A DNA stretch of 64,000 nt, taken from a bacterium (GTDB taxonomy: Bacteria; Bacteroidota; Ignavibacteria; Kapaibacteriales; UBA2268). The stretch's first letter is position 1, and every line of letters begins with the position of its first letter. The notes below the pieces were generated by a model, which saw nothing but the letters and a program-made list of their open reading frames with translations, had not been told where the DNA came from and made no database searches. Shown here piece after piece: positions 19,431-28,825 of the stretch. The translations under genes were made by a program, and so were the position numbers. Location: NCBI GenBank assembly GCA_024711295.1, contig JANJTB010000026.1:48808-112807 (forward strand). Reading direction: 5' to 3'.

Positions 19431-21326
19431 TCATTCTGATTGCAGATAAGTATATCCATATAATCCTGAGCGATAGTTAGCAAGAAACTCCTTCCCCTCA
19501 GTCGCAGTGATTTTACCATCTTTAACTGAAGCAGAAACCCAGGTTTCCATTGTTCTTACGAGTTTTTTTGAATTAAACTGTACATAGTCAAGGACTTCCT
19601 CAACTGTTTCTCCGTCAATAATTTGTTTGATCACATATTTAGTTTCATCAACAGAAATATGTACGGCGTTGGTATCACCAAATAAGTTATGGAGGTCACC
19701 AAGGATCTCTTGATAAGCACCGACAAGAAAAACTCCTATATAGTATGGCTCGTTTTTCTTTAACTGATGGACTTGCATATTATATGAAAAATCTCCGGTA
19801 CCAATGAAATGGTCAATTTTACCGTCAGAGTCGCATGTGATATCTTGTATTGTAGCTAATTTAGTAGGTTTTTCGTTCAATCTGTGAATAGGTATAATTG
19901 GGAAAATCTGATCAATAGCCCAAGAATCAGGTAAAGATTGGAAGAGAGAAAAATTGCAAAAATATTTATCTGAGAGCATTCTGGAAAGCATCTTCAACTC
20001 TTCTGAATTATGTTTAATTTCGAGAGAAATTTCATGAATATCTCTTGCCAATGTCCAGAACAATCTCTCTATCAAAGCTCTAGTTTTTAAGTCAAGCATT
20101 CCAAGACTAAACCTGTCGAGTGACTCTTCTCTTATTTGAAGGGCATCGTGCCAAGCCTCAATCATTCGGTTTTTTGTAAGCTTTGTGTAAATATTAAATA
20201 ATTCCTGTACTAACTCATCATCTTCTTCAGAAACATTATAACTATTATCCCAGGAAGGTAATGAAGTAGTTTCCAAAACATCAAAGATCAGTACAGAATG
20301 ATGGGCTGTTATTGAACGACCGGACTCAGTAATAATATTGGGGTGTGGGAGTTCATTTTTCTCACAAGCATCAACAACATTTGAAACAGCGTCATTGACA
20401 TATTCCTGTATGGAATAATTTATACTGCTTTGGCTCGAGGACCGAGAACCATCGTAGTCAACACCTAATCCACCTCCAATATCCACAAACTCTACGTTAA
20501 AACCCTGTTTACGAAGTTGTACATAGAATTGAGATGCTTCTCTCAAAGCAGTCTTAATTTTGCCTATCTTTGTAATCTGACTTCCGAGATGGAAATGAAT
20601 TAATCTCAATTCATCCTGTCTGCCTGCAGATTCAAGTATATTTATAGCTTCGAGTAACTCACTGGCGTTAAGTCCGAATTTACTTCTATCACCACCGGAA
20701 CTCTCCCACTTACCTGATCCTGAGCTGGCTAGTTTGATTCTGATTCCGATATTTGGTTTTACATTTAATCTTTTAGATATTTTTAAAATAAGTTTTAACT
20801 CATTTAATTTTTCAACTACCAAGAATACATTTTTACCCATTTTTTGGGCTAATAGAGCCAACTCAATAAAAGCTTCATCTTTGTATCCGTTACATATTAC
20901 AAGTGCATTAGGATTATCCTGAATTGCCAGAACTGCGTGAAGCTCGGGTTTAGAACCGGCCTCCAACCCAATGTTGAATTCTTCACCATATTTGACGATT
21001 TCTTCAACAACAGGTCTCATTTGATTGACTTTGATAGGATAAATTATAAAGCTTTTTCCCTGATAATTATATTCTTTTGATGCAATTTGAAAGCACTTAA
21101 AAATAGTTTCAATTCTATCGTGAATGATATCAGGAAATCTAAGTAATACAGGCGCAGAAACATCACGAATTATCAGCTCGTCAACCAGTTCTCTCAAGTC
21201 AACCTGAACTCCATTTTTTGTTGGGGTAACAATAACGTTACCTTTTTCGTTGATGCCGAAGTAATCAATACCCCAACCACTGATATTATAGAGTTCTGCT
21301 GAATCTTCAATTCGCCATTTACGCAT
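19431..21326 (-). CDS. speA: Biosynthetic arginine decarboxylase
   Basis: 631 aa. N-terminus 'MRKWRIEDSAELYNISGWGIDYFGINEKGNV' is characteristic of SpeA. Fold-III PLP decarboxylase. Its stop lies 1 nt from the convergent ABC-F stop. Confidence 0.9.
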   Translation of the reverse strand: MRKWRIEDSAELYNISGWGIDYFGINEKGNVIVTPTKNGVQVDLRELVDELIIRDVSAPVLLRFPDIIHDRIETIFKCFQIASKEYNYQGKSFIIYPIKVNQMRPVVEEIVKYGEEFNIGLEAGSKPELHAVLAIQDNPNALVICNGYKDEAFIELALLAQKMGKNVFLVVEKLNELKLILKISKRLNVKPNIGIRIKLASSGSGKWESSGGDRSKFGLNASELLEAINILESAGRQDELRLIHFHLGSQITKIGKIKTALREASQFYVQLRKQGFNVEFVDIGGGLGVDYDGSRSSSQSSINYSIQEYVNDAVSNVVDACEKNELPHPNIITESGRSITAHHSVLIFDVLETTSLPSWDNSYNVSEEDDELVQELFNIYTKLTKNRMIEAWHDALQIREESLDRFSLGMLDLKTRALIERLFWTLARDIHEISLEIKHNSEELKMLSRMLSDKYFCNFSLFQSLPDSWAIDQIFPIIPIHRLNEKPTKLATIQDITCDSDGKIDHFIGTGDFSYNMQVHQLKKNEPYYIGVFLVGAYQEILGDLHNLFGDTNAVHISVDETKYVIKQIIDGETVEEVLDYVQFNSKKLVRTMETWVSASVKDGKITATEGKEFLANYRSGLYGYTYLQSE

Positions 21327-21396
21327 TCGATTTCCCTTAAATAATAAGTGACCAAAAAAACATTATATAGACGTTATAATTATTTCAAAAATTTAT

Positions 21397-21431
21397 TAAA
21401 AAAAAGCCCTTAGAAAAATAATTCTAAAGGC
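21397..21431 (-). terminator. Rho-independent terminator after the TonB-dependent receptor (minus strand)
   Basis: Imperfect 10-bp inverted repeat GCCCTTAGAA / TTCTAAAGGC (9 of 10 pair) at 21406-21431. Preceded on the plus strand by an 8-A run, which gives the U-tract on the minus transcript. Confidence 0.45.
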
Positions 21432-21456
21432 AATCAATTTACATGTGATTAGCGAA

Positions 21457-23868
21457 CTACAAACCAAGTTCGAAACCAATGAAGAAATTTCGTTCTGCTG
21501 CCGGAAAAAACTCTTTTCCTATGCCGCTTGCTGCATATAATAAATTAGTAATATTGTTTATCTGACCTTGTAATTTCAGAGAATTGATTCCGCTAATATT
21601 CCTAAAAGTATAACCAATATCCATATTCATTACAGTATACGATTCAACCTTGTTGTTAGCGTAGTATTCACCTCCTAGATGGGCTTTGACTCTCGGATCA
21701 TTAAGAATCAAATCTCCAAAATTATCAGTTCTGAACTCTCCTACATGTCGCACCAAAAATGAAGTATAGAAATCCTCATAAGAATATGATACCCTTATAT
21801 TACCAATTAAATCAGGAAATCCTGCAATTGAGTTTCCGGATAAATCAATCAAGTCGCCTTTTTTCGAACTAAAGTTATATTCTACAATTTCATTTCGACT
21901 AATTGTAGTGTTCACTGATAATGATATATTCCCAAAATCTGCCGACTCAATAACCTTAGCCGAAGCCATCATCTCTATGCCATAATGACGAGTCTTGGGA
22001 GCATTACCATCAATCGGAGCACCAAAAATATCCAACTGTCCACTTTTTACAAGTTCATCAAAATACTCCATCCAGTAGCCATTGATATTCAATGCAAAAT
22101 TATCCGTGTCAAAACTCCAACCAAGTTCAAAGTTTAGCATTTGTTCGGGTTTGACGAGTGGATTTTCAAAATTGTAGCTAACGACTCCATTAGTATCAAT
22201 GACTTTTTCAAATAGCGGGACTGCCCCTGTCCATGAGTCACTTGCAGCATACAAATTACGCATACGCGGCTCTCTTGAAGTATATCCTGATGAAAAGTAA
22301 GCCCTGTTTTTTGAATTTATTTTATAATTTAAGCCAATTCTTGGATTAAAAAACATGTAGTTAATATCAAATATTCTATTACCATTTTGTATTATTGCTC
22401 CATTCATCGTTTTATATTCTGAATATACATTTCCGGCTTTCTCGTTTTGTATGGCATACAGGTGATTAACTAACTGAGCTTCTAAATTGATTGTTAAATC
22501 ATCATTGATATTAAAGTATTGAGAACCAAAAACTGAGTAAATATTTCTGACTCCGTCATAAGAATAGAACTTAAAATCAGGATCAAAATTAGAAGGTAAA
22601 TCTTCTGCAAAATTAATTTTACCCCAATGTTCAGAACGATGAATGCGTATTTCAACACCAAACATTGACTTACCGAATTCGTTTTCAATCTCTATTCTTG
22701 GAATCCAGCCAAAAGTTTTGTTCCCTACAAATGAGCGAATAATTGGATTTTGTGGGTCTTTCGCATCAGCATACCCATTTTCAGGAGTTAGTCTAAATGA
22801 TGCTGCATCAGTCCACCCGGTACCATCATAATCAAAATACCCGTCGCCCAGTTTAAAAAATGCAGCAGATTTTAACATTACTTTTTCGGTAACTCTCCAA
22901 TCATTCAGTAATTCAATCTGTGGTTGTGAAAATTCTTCAACTTCTTGATTTCTTCTTAATGTAGTCCAATTAATGGTTTTTCCATCATTAAGGTCGTAAC
23001 TGAAATAGTTGTAGTTTCTTCTTCTTAACTCGGGTTTTTTTATATACTCATAAGGTAGTCCATTATAAGCTAAACCATCAGTTTGAGAACCTCCATAAAT
23101 ATTAAGCTGCGTAGTTAGGTCACCATCAAATCTCATCGCTGAGAAAAAATAACTGTTCAAATTAGCCCAAGATTGACTTCTATAACCAAATGAATTAATT
23201 CGGGCAAGTTTTGCATAAAAAGCATAATTTTCGGTTATGCCTGAAGAAAATTCAATCCCATATCGAGACGATATCTGCTCGAATTTTGAACCTGATGAAT
23301 ACTCCTGAAATCCAATACCTGAAGAAATGTTAACCCCCTTGAATTTAGCATAATTCACGGTAGTAAGCAAAATGCTGCCTCCGATGGCTGCTGGTCCGTA
23401 TGATGAGAGTCCTGCTCCCCTTTGTACCTGAACATTCTCGAGTGTAGATGCAAAGTCAGACAAATTTATCCAATAGAAATTGTGATCTCCGGGGTCATTT
23501 TGGGGTATTCCGTTGATCATAACCGATATCCTTCTTTGGTCAAAACCCCTGAGAGATAAATTTGTATAACCAATATTGTTACCATTTTCGGAGAAAGTCA
23601 GAATTGAAGGTAACTCACTTAATAATTGCGGTAAATCCTGGGTAGTGTAAGTAGATTGAATTTCTGACCTTTTTATCTCGGAAAAAGGTACAGGTGAAGT
23701 ATTTTTCTCGGCATGCTGCGAGCTTACAGTAATAGATGGTACTCTGTATATTTTTAAAGAGTCCTTTTCTGTCTCAGCATTTTGGCTTGCAAGAACAATC
23801 AATGGAGACATAAAAACAATAGTTAAAAAGTATTTTAACACAAAAACCTCGTATATTTTGTTAAACAT
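21457..23868 (-). CDS. TonB-dependent outer-membrane receptor, putative thiamine/TPP-precursor transporter
   Basis: 803 aa. Signal peptide, plug-like N-terminus ('YRVPSITVSS...') and a long Gly/Tyr/Asn-rich beta-barrel. A TPP riboswitch lies immediately 5' on the same strand. Confidence 0.8.
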   Translation of the reverse strand: MFNKIYEVFVLKYFLTIVFMSPLIVLASQNAETEKDSLKIYRVPSITVSSQHAEKNTSPVPFSEIKRSEIQSTYTTQDLPQLLSELPSILTFSENGNNIGYTNLSLRGFDQRRISVMINGIPQNDPGDHNFYWINLSDFASTLENVQVQRGAGLSSYGPAAIGGSILLTTVNYAKFKGVNISSGIGFQEYSSGSKFEQISSRYGIEFSSGITENYAFYAKLARINSFGYRSQSWANLNSYFFSAMRFDGDLTTQLNIYGGSQTDGLAYNGLPYEYIKKPELRRRNYNYFSYDLNDGKTINWTTLRRNQEVEEFSQPQIELLNDWRVTEKVMLKSAAFFKLGDGYFDYDGTGWTDAASFRLTPENGYADAKDPQNPIIRSFVGNKTFGWIPRIEIENEFGKSMFGVEIRIHRSEHWGKINFAEDLPSNFDPDFKFYSYDGVRNIYSVFGSQYFNINDDLTINLEAQLVNHLYAIQNEKAGNVYSEYKTMNGAIIQNGNRIFDINYMFFNPRIGLNYKINSKNRAYFSSGYTSREPRMRNLYAASDSWTGAVPLFEKVIDTNGVVSYNFENPLVKPEQMLNFELGWSFDTDNFALNINGYWMEYFDELVKSGQLDIFGAPIDGNAPKTRHYGIEMMASAKVIESADFGNISLSVNTTISRNEIVEYNFSSKKGDLIDLSGNSIAGFPDLIGNIRVSYSYEDFYTSFLVRHVGEFRTDNFGDLILNDPRVKAHLGGEYYANNKVESYTVMNMDIGYTFRNISGINSLKLQGQINNITNLLYAASGIGKEFFPAAERNFFIGFELGL

Positions 23869-23914
23869 TCGAGTTTTCGTGGGGTTTGGGAGAGTAAAAT
23901 AATGTGTAGTCGGT

Positions 23915-24005
23915 TTTTCAACACCGTTTCCCTACGCCGGTATTACCCGGATCAGGTTCAAGGAGACTCTCTCAGCCGCATTTGCAGCACCTCCAACGGA
24001 ACTCA
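23915..24005 (-). ncRNA. TPP (thiamine pyrophosphate, THI-box) riboswitch aptamer in the 5' leader of the TonB-dependent receptor
   Basis: The minus-strand RNA reads 5'-CCGUUGGAGGUGCUGCAAAUGCGGCUGAGAGAGUCUCCUUGAACCUGAUCCGGGUAAUACCGGCGUAGGGAAACGG-3'. It contains the conserved CUGAGA and ACCUGAUC(N)GG(N)UAAUACC(N)GCGUAGGGAA cores and a CCGUU/AACGG P1 stem, and lies about 45 nt upstream of the ATG at 23868. Confidence 0.8.
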
Positions 24006-24045
24006 TTTCAATTTAAAAGACGATTTAGGCAGAATATATTATTTG

Positions 24046-25173
24046 TTATCTTATATTTGCAATTTTTTTCTCAAACAGCTGCAAAGCAACACCTGCAATC
24101 TGGTCCATATTATAATATTTATAATCTGCTAATCTTCCCACAAAAAATACACTTCCATCTAACTTTTCGGCTTCGGCCTTATATTTTGAGAATAATTCAT
24201 TATTGATGTCTCTTGGGATAGGGTAGTAAGGCTCATTAATCCCAGGGATATACTCCTGGGGATATTCAAATGCTACAGTAGTATTGATGCTTTTTTGCAT
24301 AGTCAGATATTTGAATTCTGTAATTCTGGTGTAGTCGTAATTGTTTGGATAGTTCATTTGACCAACTTCCTGAAATTGAGATTGGTTGAAATTTTCAAAC
24401 TCAAACCTAAGGCTTCTGTATGGCAACTGCCCATATATATAATCAAAGTAATAATCTAAAGGACCTGTATATATCATCTTATCAAATTTAATGTACTCAA
24501 TAGCCTCACGATAGTCAGTATTGAGCAAAATCCGAATATTTTTATGATTAAGGATTTTTTCGAACATGGCAGTATAACCGTAAGCAGGAATCTGTTGATA
24601 AGTATCTTGAAAATATCTGTTGTCTCTTGAGATATAAACTGGTACCCTTGACGTAACATTAAAATCCAATTCTTCAGGTTTGAGTGCCCACTGTTTAAGA
24701 GTATAGCCATAGAAAACATTTTTATAAATATATTCAGCCAGAAATTTTAAATCTGAATCATCTACTTCTTTTAATTTAAGAATAGGTATTTTGAGCCCAT
24801 ATCCATACTTTTCAATGAGTTTCGACTCAAGCTTTTCAGAAAAATTCTTTGGAAACAATTCATAAACAGAATTTAGATTAAAAGGTATCGGTACTGGTTT
24901 ACCCTCAACAACAGCTTTAACGTGATGTACATAAGTATTCCATTTCGTAAAATCAGAAAGGTAATCATATACTTTTTTGGAAGATGTATGAAAAATATGA
25001 GGTCCATATTTATGAACCAAAACACCATTTTCATCATAATAGTCAAAAGCGTTGCCTGCAATATGATTTCGCTTTTCGATTATTATTACTTTTTTATCAA
25101 GTTGCGACGCAATTCTCTCAGCTAAAATTGCACCCGCATATCCTGCACCGACAATCAAATAATCAAATTTCAT
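24046..25173 (-). CDS. glf: UDP-galactopyranose mutase
   Basis: 375 aa. FAD dinucleotide fold 'DYLIVGAGYAGAILAERIA', 'NAFDYYDENGVLVHKYGPHIFHT' and the conserved C-terminal region. Confidence 0.9.
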   Translation of the reverse strand: MKFDYLIVGAGYAGAILAERIASQLDKKVIIIEKRNHIAGNAFDYYDENGVLVHKYGPHIFHTSSKKVYDYLSDFTKWNTYVHHVKAVVEGKPVPIPFNLNSVYELFPKNFSEKLESKLIEKYGYGLKIPILKLKEVDDSDLKFLAEYIYKNVFYGYTLKQWALKPEELDFNVTSRVPVYISRDNRYFQDTYQQIPAYGYTAMFEKILNHKNIRILLNTDYREAIEYIKFDKMIYTGPLDYYFDYIYGQLPYRSLRFEFENFNQSQFQEVGQMNYPNNYDYTRITEFKYLTMQKSINTTVAFEYPQEYIPGINEPYYPIPRDINNELFSKYKAEAEKLDGSVFFVGRLADYKYYNMDQIAGVALQLFEKKIANIR

Positions 25174-25181
25174 TTTTCTTC

Positions 25182-26219
25182 TTATTTGTTATAATTATTA
25201 TTTCTTTTAATATTTTCGAGAATTCTGTATTTCTTAACCTTAATAGTGTGTAGAGAGAAATTTTTGATTTTCTTGCTAAATAATCTTGACTTGAACCTTG
25301 CTACTTTTATCCGATAACGATAATCAGAAATTATATTCGATTTTGAGTAGTCTGGAAGATTGCAAGCAATTGGCTCATCATCACATTCTACAATTTGTTT
25401 TAATCTTTCTATTACATTTTCTTTAGCAACAAAACTATTTACCTGATTATTTTCAAATGGAGGTTGAGAGAGCATTTCGAGGTACAAATCCTCATCATTG
25501 TCATATCTAACTATTTCTTCAATAAATGATTCGTCACTTTCGTAATCATGGTAATTAATGAAGCTTTTGGGATTAAAGTCTTTAGCAACCTCTGGATTGC
25601 CCCAGTATAATGGAATAGAACCAACAATTAGTGGGTCGAATAATTTTTCTGTTGTATATCCTGGATATGAACTATTTTCGAAAGCAAATGTAAACTTAAA
25701 CTTTCTTATATAATTTCTCTTCTCGGTTTCGAATCCTGGCAGATGAAAATTTGTGTTGTTCATAAATCTGCCGGGAGAGCTGATAAATTTATAATTGGAC
25801 AACTTCAAAAATATATCCTTTCGCTTTTTGGGACCGGGATTTGAATATATAAAATTACAGAAATCTGTTTTCTCTTTCATCAGCTGTTCAGGGTTTCGGG
25901 GCTTTGTAAGCTCATAGACATCACCAAATAATGCATAAAGAGGCAATCTGTAGTTTTTGGGATTATCACTGTAATCAAATGAAAATGACCAATCACATTC
26001 ATCGTAGTTTGGTCTTATATTCTCACCGGTAAAAAAAACACGTTTGCAATTATAACGAAGGAAATTAACTCCAAAAACAGAGTAAAACAAAATATCAGGT
26101 TTTTCGGAATCAATTTCTACATCATACAATTCGCTTAACATGTTGTAAAAATAATTATTATCCGGAACTAATGTGTCCCAGAAATCAGTAAAATATACTT
26201 TAACTTTTTTTCTAGTCAT
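25182..26219 (-). CDS. GT10-family alpha-1,3(/4)-fucosyltransferase-like glycosyltransferase
   Basis: 345 aa. 'FTFAFENSSYPGYTTEKLFD' matches the alpha-1,3-FucT signature FxxxFENSxxxxYxTEK. Confidence 0.6.
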   Translation of the reverse strand: MTRKKVKVYFTDFWDTLVPDNNYFYNMLSELYDVEIDSEKPDILFYSVFGVNFLRYNCKRVFFTGENIRPNYDECDWSFSFDYSDNPKNYRLPLYALFGDVYELTKPRNPEQLMKEKTDFCNFIYSNPGPKKRKDIFLKLSNYKFISSPGRFMNNTNFHLPGFETEKRNYIRKFKFTFAFENSSYPGYTTEKLFDPLIVGSIPLYWGNPEVAKDFNPKSFINYHDYESDESFIEEIVRYDNDEDLYLEMLSQPPFENNQVNSFVAKENVIERLKQIVECDDEPIACNLPDYSKSNIISDYRYRIKVARFKSRLFSKKIKNFSLHTIKVKKYRILENIKRNNNYNK

Positions 26220-26223
26220 TTTT

Positions 26224-27366
26224 TTAAATAATTCTCTTTTTAGGAAATATTTTAGGAAATTTTTCCTGCATTACAGGTTCGAGTTTTGCCCAATAATAAA
26301 CTAACATTATAAAGAATAGTTCAATTCCTACAGCTGAAAGCACTGCTTGAACAGGGGTTAGAGATTTGCCGTAGTAATATTGTAAACCAAGGTTAAAACC
26401 GGTTCCATATATTATGAAAACGTGTACAACATATATCATCATTGTACTTTTACCTATTGATGAAAGCAATGAAGGTATTTTTACAATATTTGAAATAAAT
26501 GCCAATACGCCTAATACTATCAGTGCATTACCTAAATGAAAGTACAAAAAATTATGATTATTCAAATAGTCAAAATTTGATAGCGAAGTAATTCTATAGA
26601 AAAAGTCCAACATAGAACCACTATAATAATGCAGTAATAAACCTAATACAAGCATGACTATAGCAAAAATATTATTGAAAGCAAAGTTTACTCTTTTAGA
26701 AAGTAAATAACCCAATAGTGCACCCCACATCACAAAACCAGTCCATGGTATAACAGGGAAATTAGAACCGTAGTCTCTTGTAAGATAATCAGCCATTGGA
26801 AGTGGGAGAATTTCTAACCAATTTACATCTGCAACGTTGGGATAAAGGAAAAAGGCTGTGAATGCAAAAATAAAGCAATAAACCCATACCCACACCTTAG
26901 TAATTCTGTGTAAGAAATAACTCACAAGAATTAAACCTAAACCAACTGCAATACAGTGTAAAGCATCAACAGCAAATGCACTTTTGTACTTAAGAAAATC
27001 AAAGTTTTCAAGATTTAGTAACATCGAAGGGTTAAATCTAAGCAAGTATCCTAATAAAAGCAAAATGCCTACCCTCTTCATACCTTTAAAGAAACGCTCA
27101 TTTTTTCGAATAGGTAAATTTTTACGTAGCAATAAATAAGAAAAAATTGTACCTGAAGAAAAGAAAAATACCGGTGCGGTAACACCACGCATGTGGTCCC
27201 AAAGAGAAAACAACCAATTTGAGCTATCTCTATATACGGGATCAATCAAAGCGTCTATCATGTGCCCCTGAACCATCATCAAAATGGCATAAGCTCTCAT
27301 GACATCTATAAATAAAAGTCTGTTTGAGGATTTACTGTGATCGAACTGCTGAAGATTATTTTCCAT
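26224..27366 (-). CDS. Polytopic membrane acyltransferase, DUF1624/HGSNAT-like (putative glycan O-acetyltransferase)
   Basis: 380 aa, about 10 transmembrane segments. N-terminus 'RLLFIDVMRAYAILMMVQGHMIDAL' resembles the HGSNAT/DUF1624 first helix, including its His. It overlaps the downstream SGNH gene start. Confidence 0.5.
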   Translation of the reverse strand: MENNLQQFDHSKSSNRLLFIDVMRAYAILMMVQGHMIDALIDPVYRDSSNWLFSLWDHMRGVTAPVFFFSSGTIFSYLLLRKNLPIRKNERFFKGMKRVGILLLLGYLLRFNPSMLLNLENFDFLKYKSAFAVDALHCIAVGLGLILVSYFLHRITKVWVWVYCFIFAFTAFFLYPNVADVNWLEILPLPMADYLTRDYGSNFPVIPWTGFVMWGALLGYLLSKRVNFAFNNIFAIVMLVLGLLLHYYSGSMLDFFYRITSLSNFDYLNNHNFLYFHLGNALIVLGVLAFISNIVKIPSLLSSIGKSTMMIYVVHVFIIYGTGFNLGLQYYYGKSLTPVQAVLSAVGIELFFIMLVYYWAKLEPVMQEKFPKIFPKKRII

Positions 27367-28123
27367 AATTTGATTTCCAATTGTTTACGGTTTCCCAAGC
27401 AGTATTTTGCAAATAGACTAAAATTTCTGGCTCTATATTATAATCAAATTCCGAATTAGATGGTGGTTTGTTGGTCAAAAATGAATAAAACATTGCTGCT
27501 GCAAGATATGTTCCATACTTACTTGGGTGCTTGAAATCAGTGTACATATTTATATCTTTTCTGTTTTTGATAACTTTTTGCCAAGCTATCCCAACAGGTA
27601 CTACCTCACATTTAAGTTCTTTTGCAACAGATAAATAAGAAGAAGACAGCAGTGATGTCATATCATCATTGTCTTTATAACTGAAAGTCATATAAAAAAT
27701 AGGCTTGGCACCTGTTCTCCTTGACTCTCTCACAAAGATTTTCGAATATTTATAAAAATCTTCTTTGTTAATAATAGGTCCGTTACTATATTCCTGCAAT
27801 ACAACTATATCCCATTCTTTTTCCTTTATTTTTTTTAATGCTTTCCCTTTACTAAAATGACCAGAAAGCCGCTCACCACCGGGAGCAATTTTTTCAGCAT
27901 AAATCATCATTTGAGGATTAGATTTAGCAAACATCTTTTTTAGAAAGAAGTCTAATCCACCATTATAATGAGTCAAGCTATTACCGATAAAAAGTATTCT
28001 AAGAGGCCTTTGTGTATAGTCATTTGGATTGTACTGGGAACAAGAGGAAACCAACACCAGCGAAATAATTAAATTTCTGATGGATATAAATCTATTTTTA
28101 ATATTTATATTTAAAAAATTCAC
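27356..28123 (-). CDS. SGNH/GDSL-fold hydrolase lipoprotein (DUF4886-like)
   Basis: Lipoprotein signal '...LVSSCSQ'. Block I 'ILFIGNSLTHYNGG'. Size typical of SGNH esterases. Confidence 0.55.
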   Translation of the reverse strand: MNFLNINIKNRFISIRNLIISLVLVSSCSQYNPNDYTQRPLRILFIGNSLTHYNGGLDFFLKKMFAKSNPQMMIYAEKIAPGGERLSGHFSKGKALKKIKEKEWDIVVLQEYSNGPIINKEDFYKYSKIFVRESRRTGAKPIFYMTFSYKDNDDMTSLLSSSYLSVAKELKCEVVPVGIAWQKVIKNRKDINMYTDFKHPSKYGTYLAAAMFYSFLTNKPPSNSEFDYNIEPEILVYLQNTAWETVNNWKSNYGK

Positions 28124-28144
28124 ATTATAATCCGGGAAATTATC

Positions 28145-28825
28145 TTAGGACAGATATTTAATAGGGTCAACGGCTCCGGCATCTCTAAAACCCTTTAGAC
28201 GCAATAAACATGATTCACATTTACCACAAGCAAACTCTGATTCTTTGTAGCAACTCCAAGTAAATTTAAACGGAACCGAGTTGTTGATTCCATATCTTAT
28301 AATATCAGATTTGGAATCGTGAATGATAGGAGTAATTATTTTAATATCTGTTTCTGGTTTTGTACCAAGGTTGATAGTTGACTGAAAAGCCGTAAAAAAA
28401 CTTTTCCTGCAATCAGGATAACCGCTTGAATCTTGCTCCATTGCACCGATAAATATTGCCTTTGCATCTATTACTTCAGCCCAGCTTGTTGCAATTGCCA
28501 AAATATTGGCATTCCTGAATGGTACGTATGTATTAGGAATTTTACCTGAGCCAAGCATAGAAGGTGAGATTTCTATTGTAGAATCAGTAAGTGAAGAACC
28601 ACCTATTTGCGAGAGAAAGCTTACATCTACTATTAATCTGTTTCTGACGTTGTAATGTGAGCAAAGCAAATTAAAAGCTTCAAGTTCTTTCTGCTGTGTT
28701 CTTTGTCCATAATTCAGATGTAAAGCAGCGGGTTCATAACCCATTTCGATAGATTTAGCTAAGCATACAGCTGAATCCATTCCACCTGACAATAAAATAA
28801 CAGCAATATTTTTGTTACTAATCAA
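28145..28825 (-). CDS. queC: 7-cyano-7-deazaguanine synthase
   Basis: PP-loop 'AVILLSGGMDSAVCL'. C-terminal zinc cysteines 'CYKESEFACGKCESCLLR'. Confidence 0.9.
   Translation of the reverse strand: MISNKNIAVILLSGGMDSAVCLAKSIEMGYEPAALHLNYGQRTQQKELEAFNLLCSHYNVRNRLIVDVSFLSQIGGSSLTDSTIEISPSMLGSGKIPNTYVPFRNANILAIATSWAEVIDAKAIFIGAMEQDSSGYPDCRKSFFTAFQSTINLGTKPETDIKIITPIIHDSKSDIIRYGINNSVPFKFTWSCYKESEFACGKCESCLLRLKGFRDAGAVDPIKYLS

Noticed and set aside
23902-24206. Two small plus-strand ORFs (76 and 74 aa) overlapping the riboswitch region
   Set aside because: They lie antisense to and across a strongly conserved TPP aptamer and the glf 3' end. They have no plausible start context and are almost certainly chance frames in AT-rich sequence.
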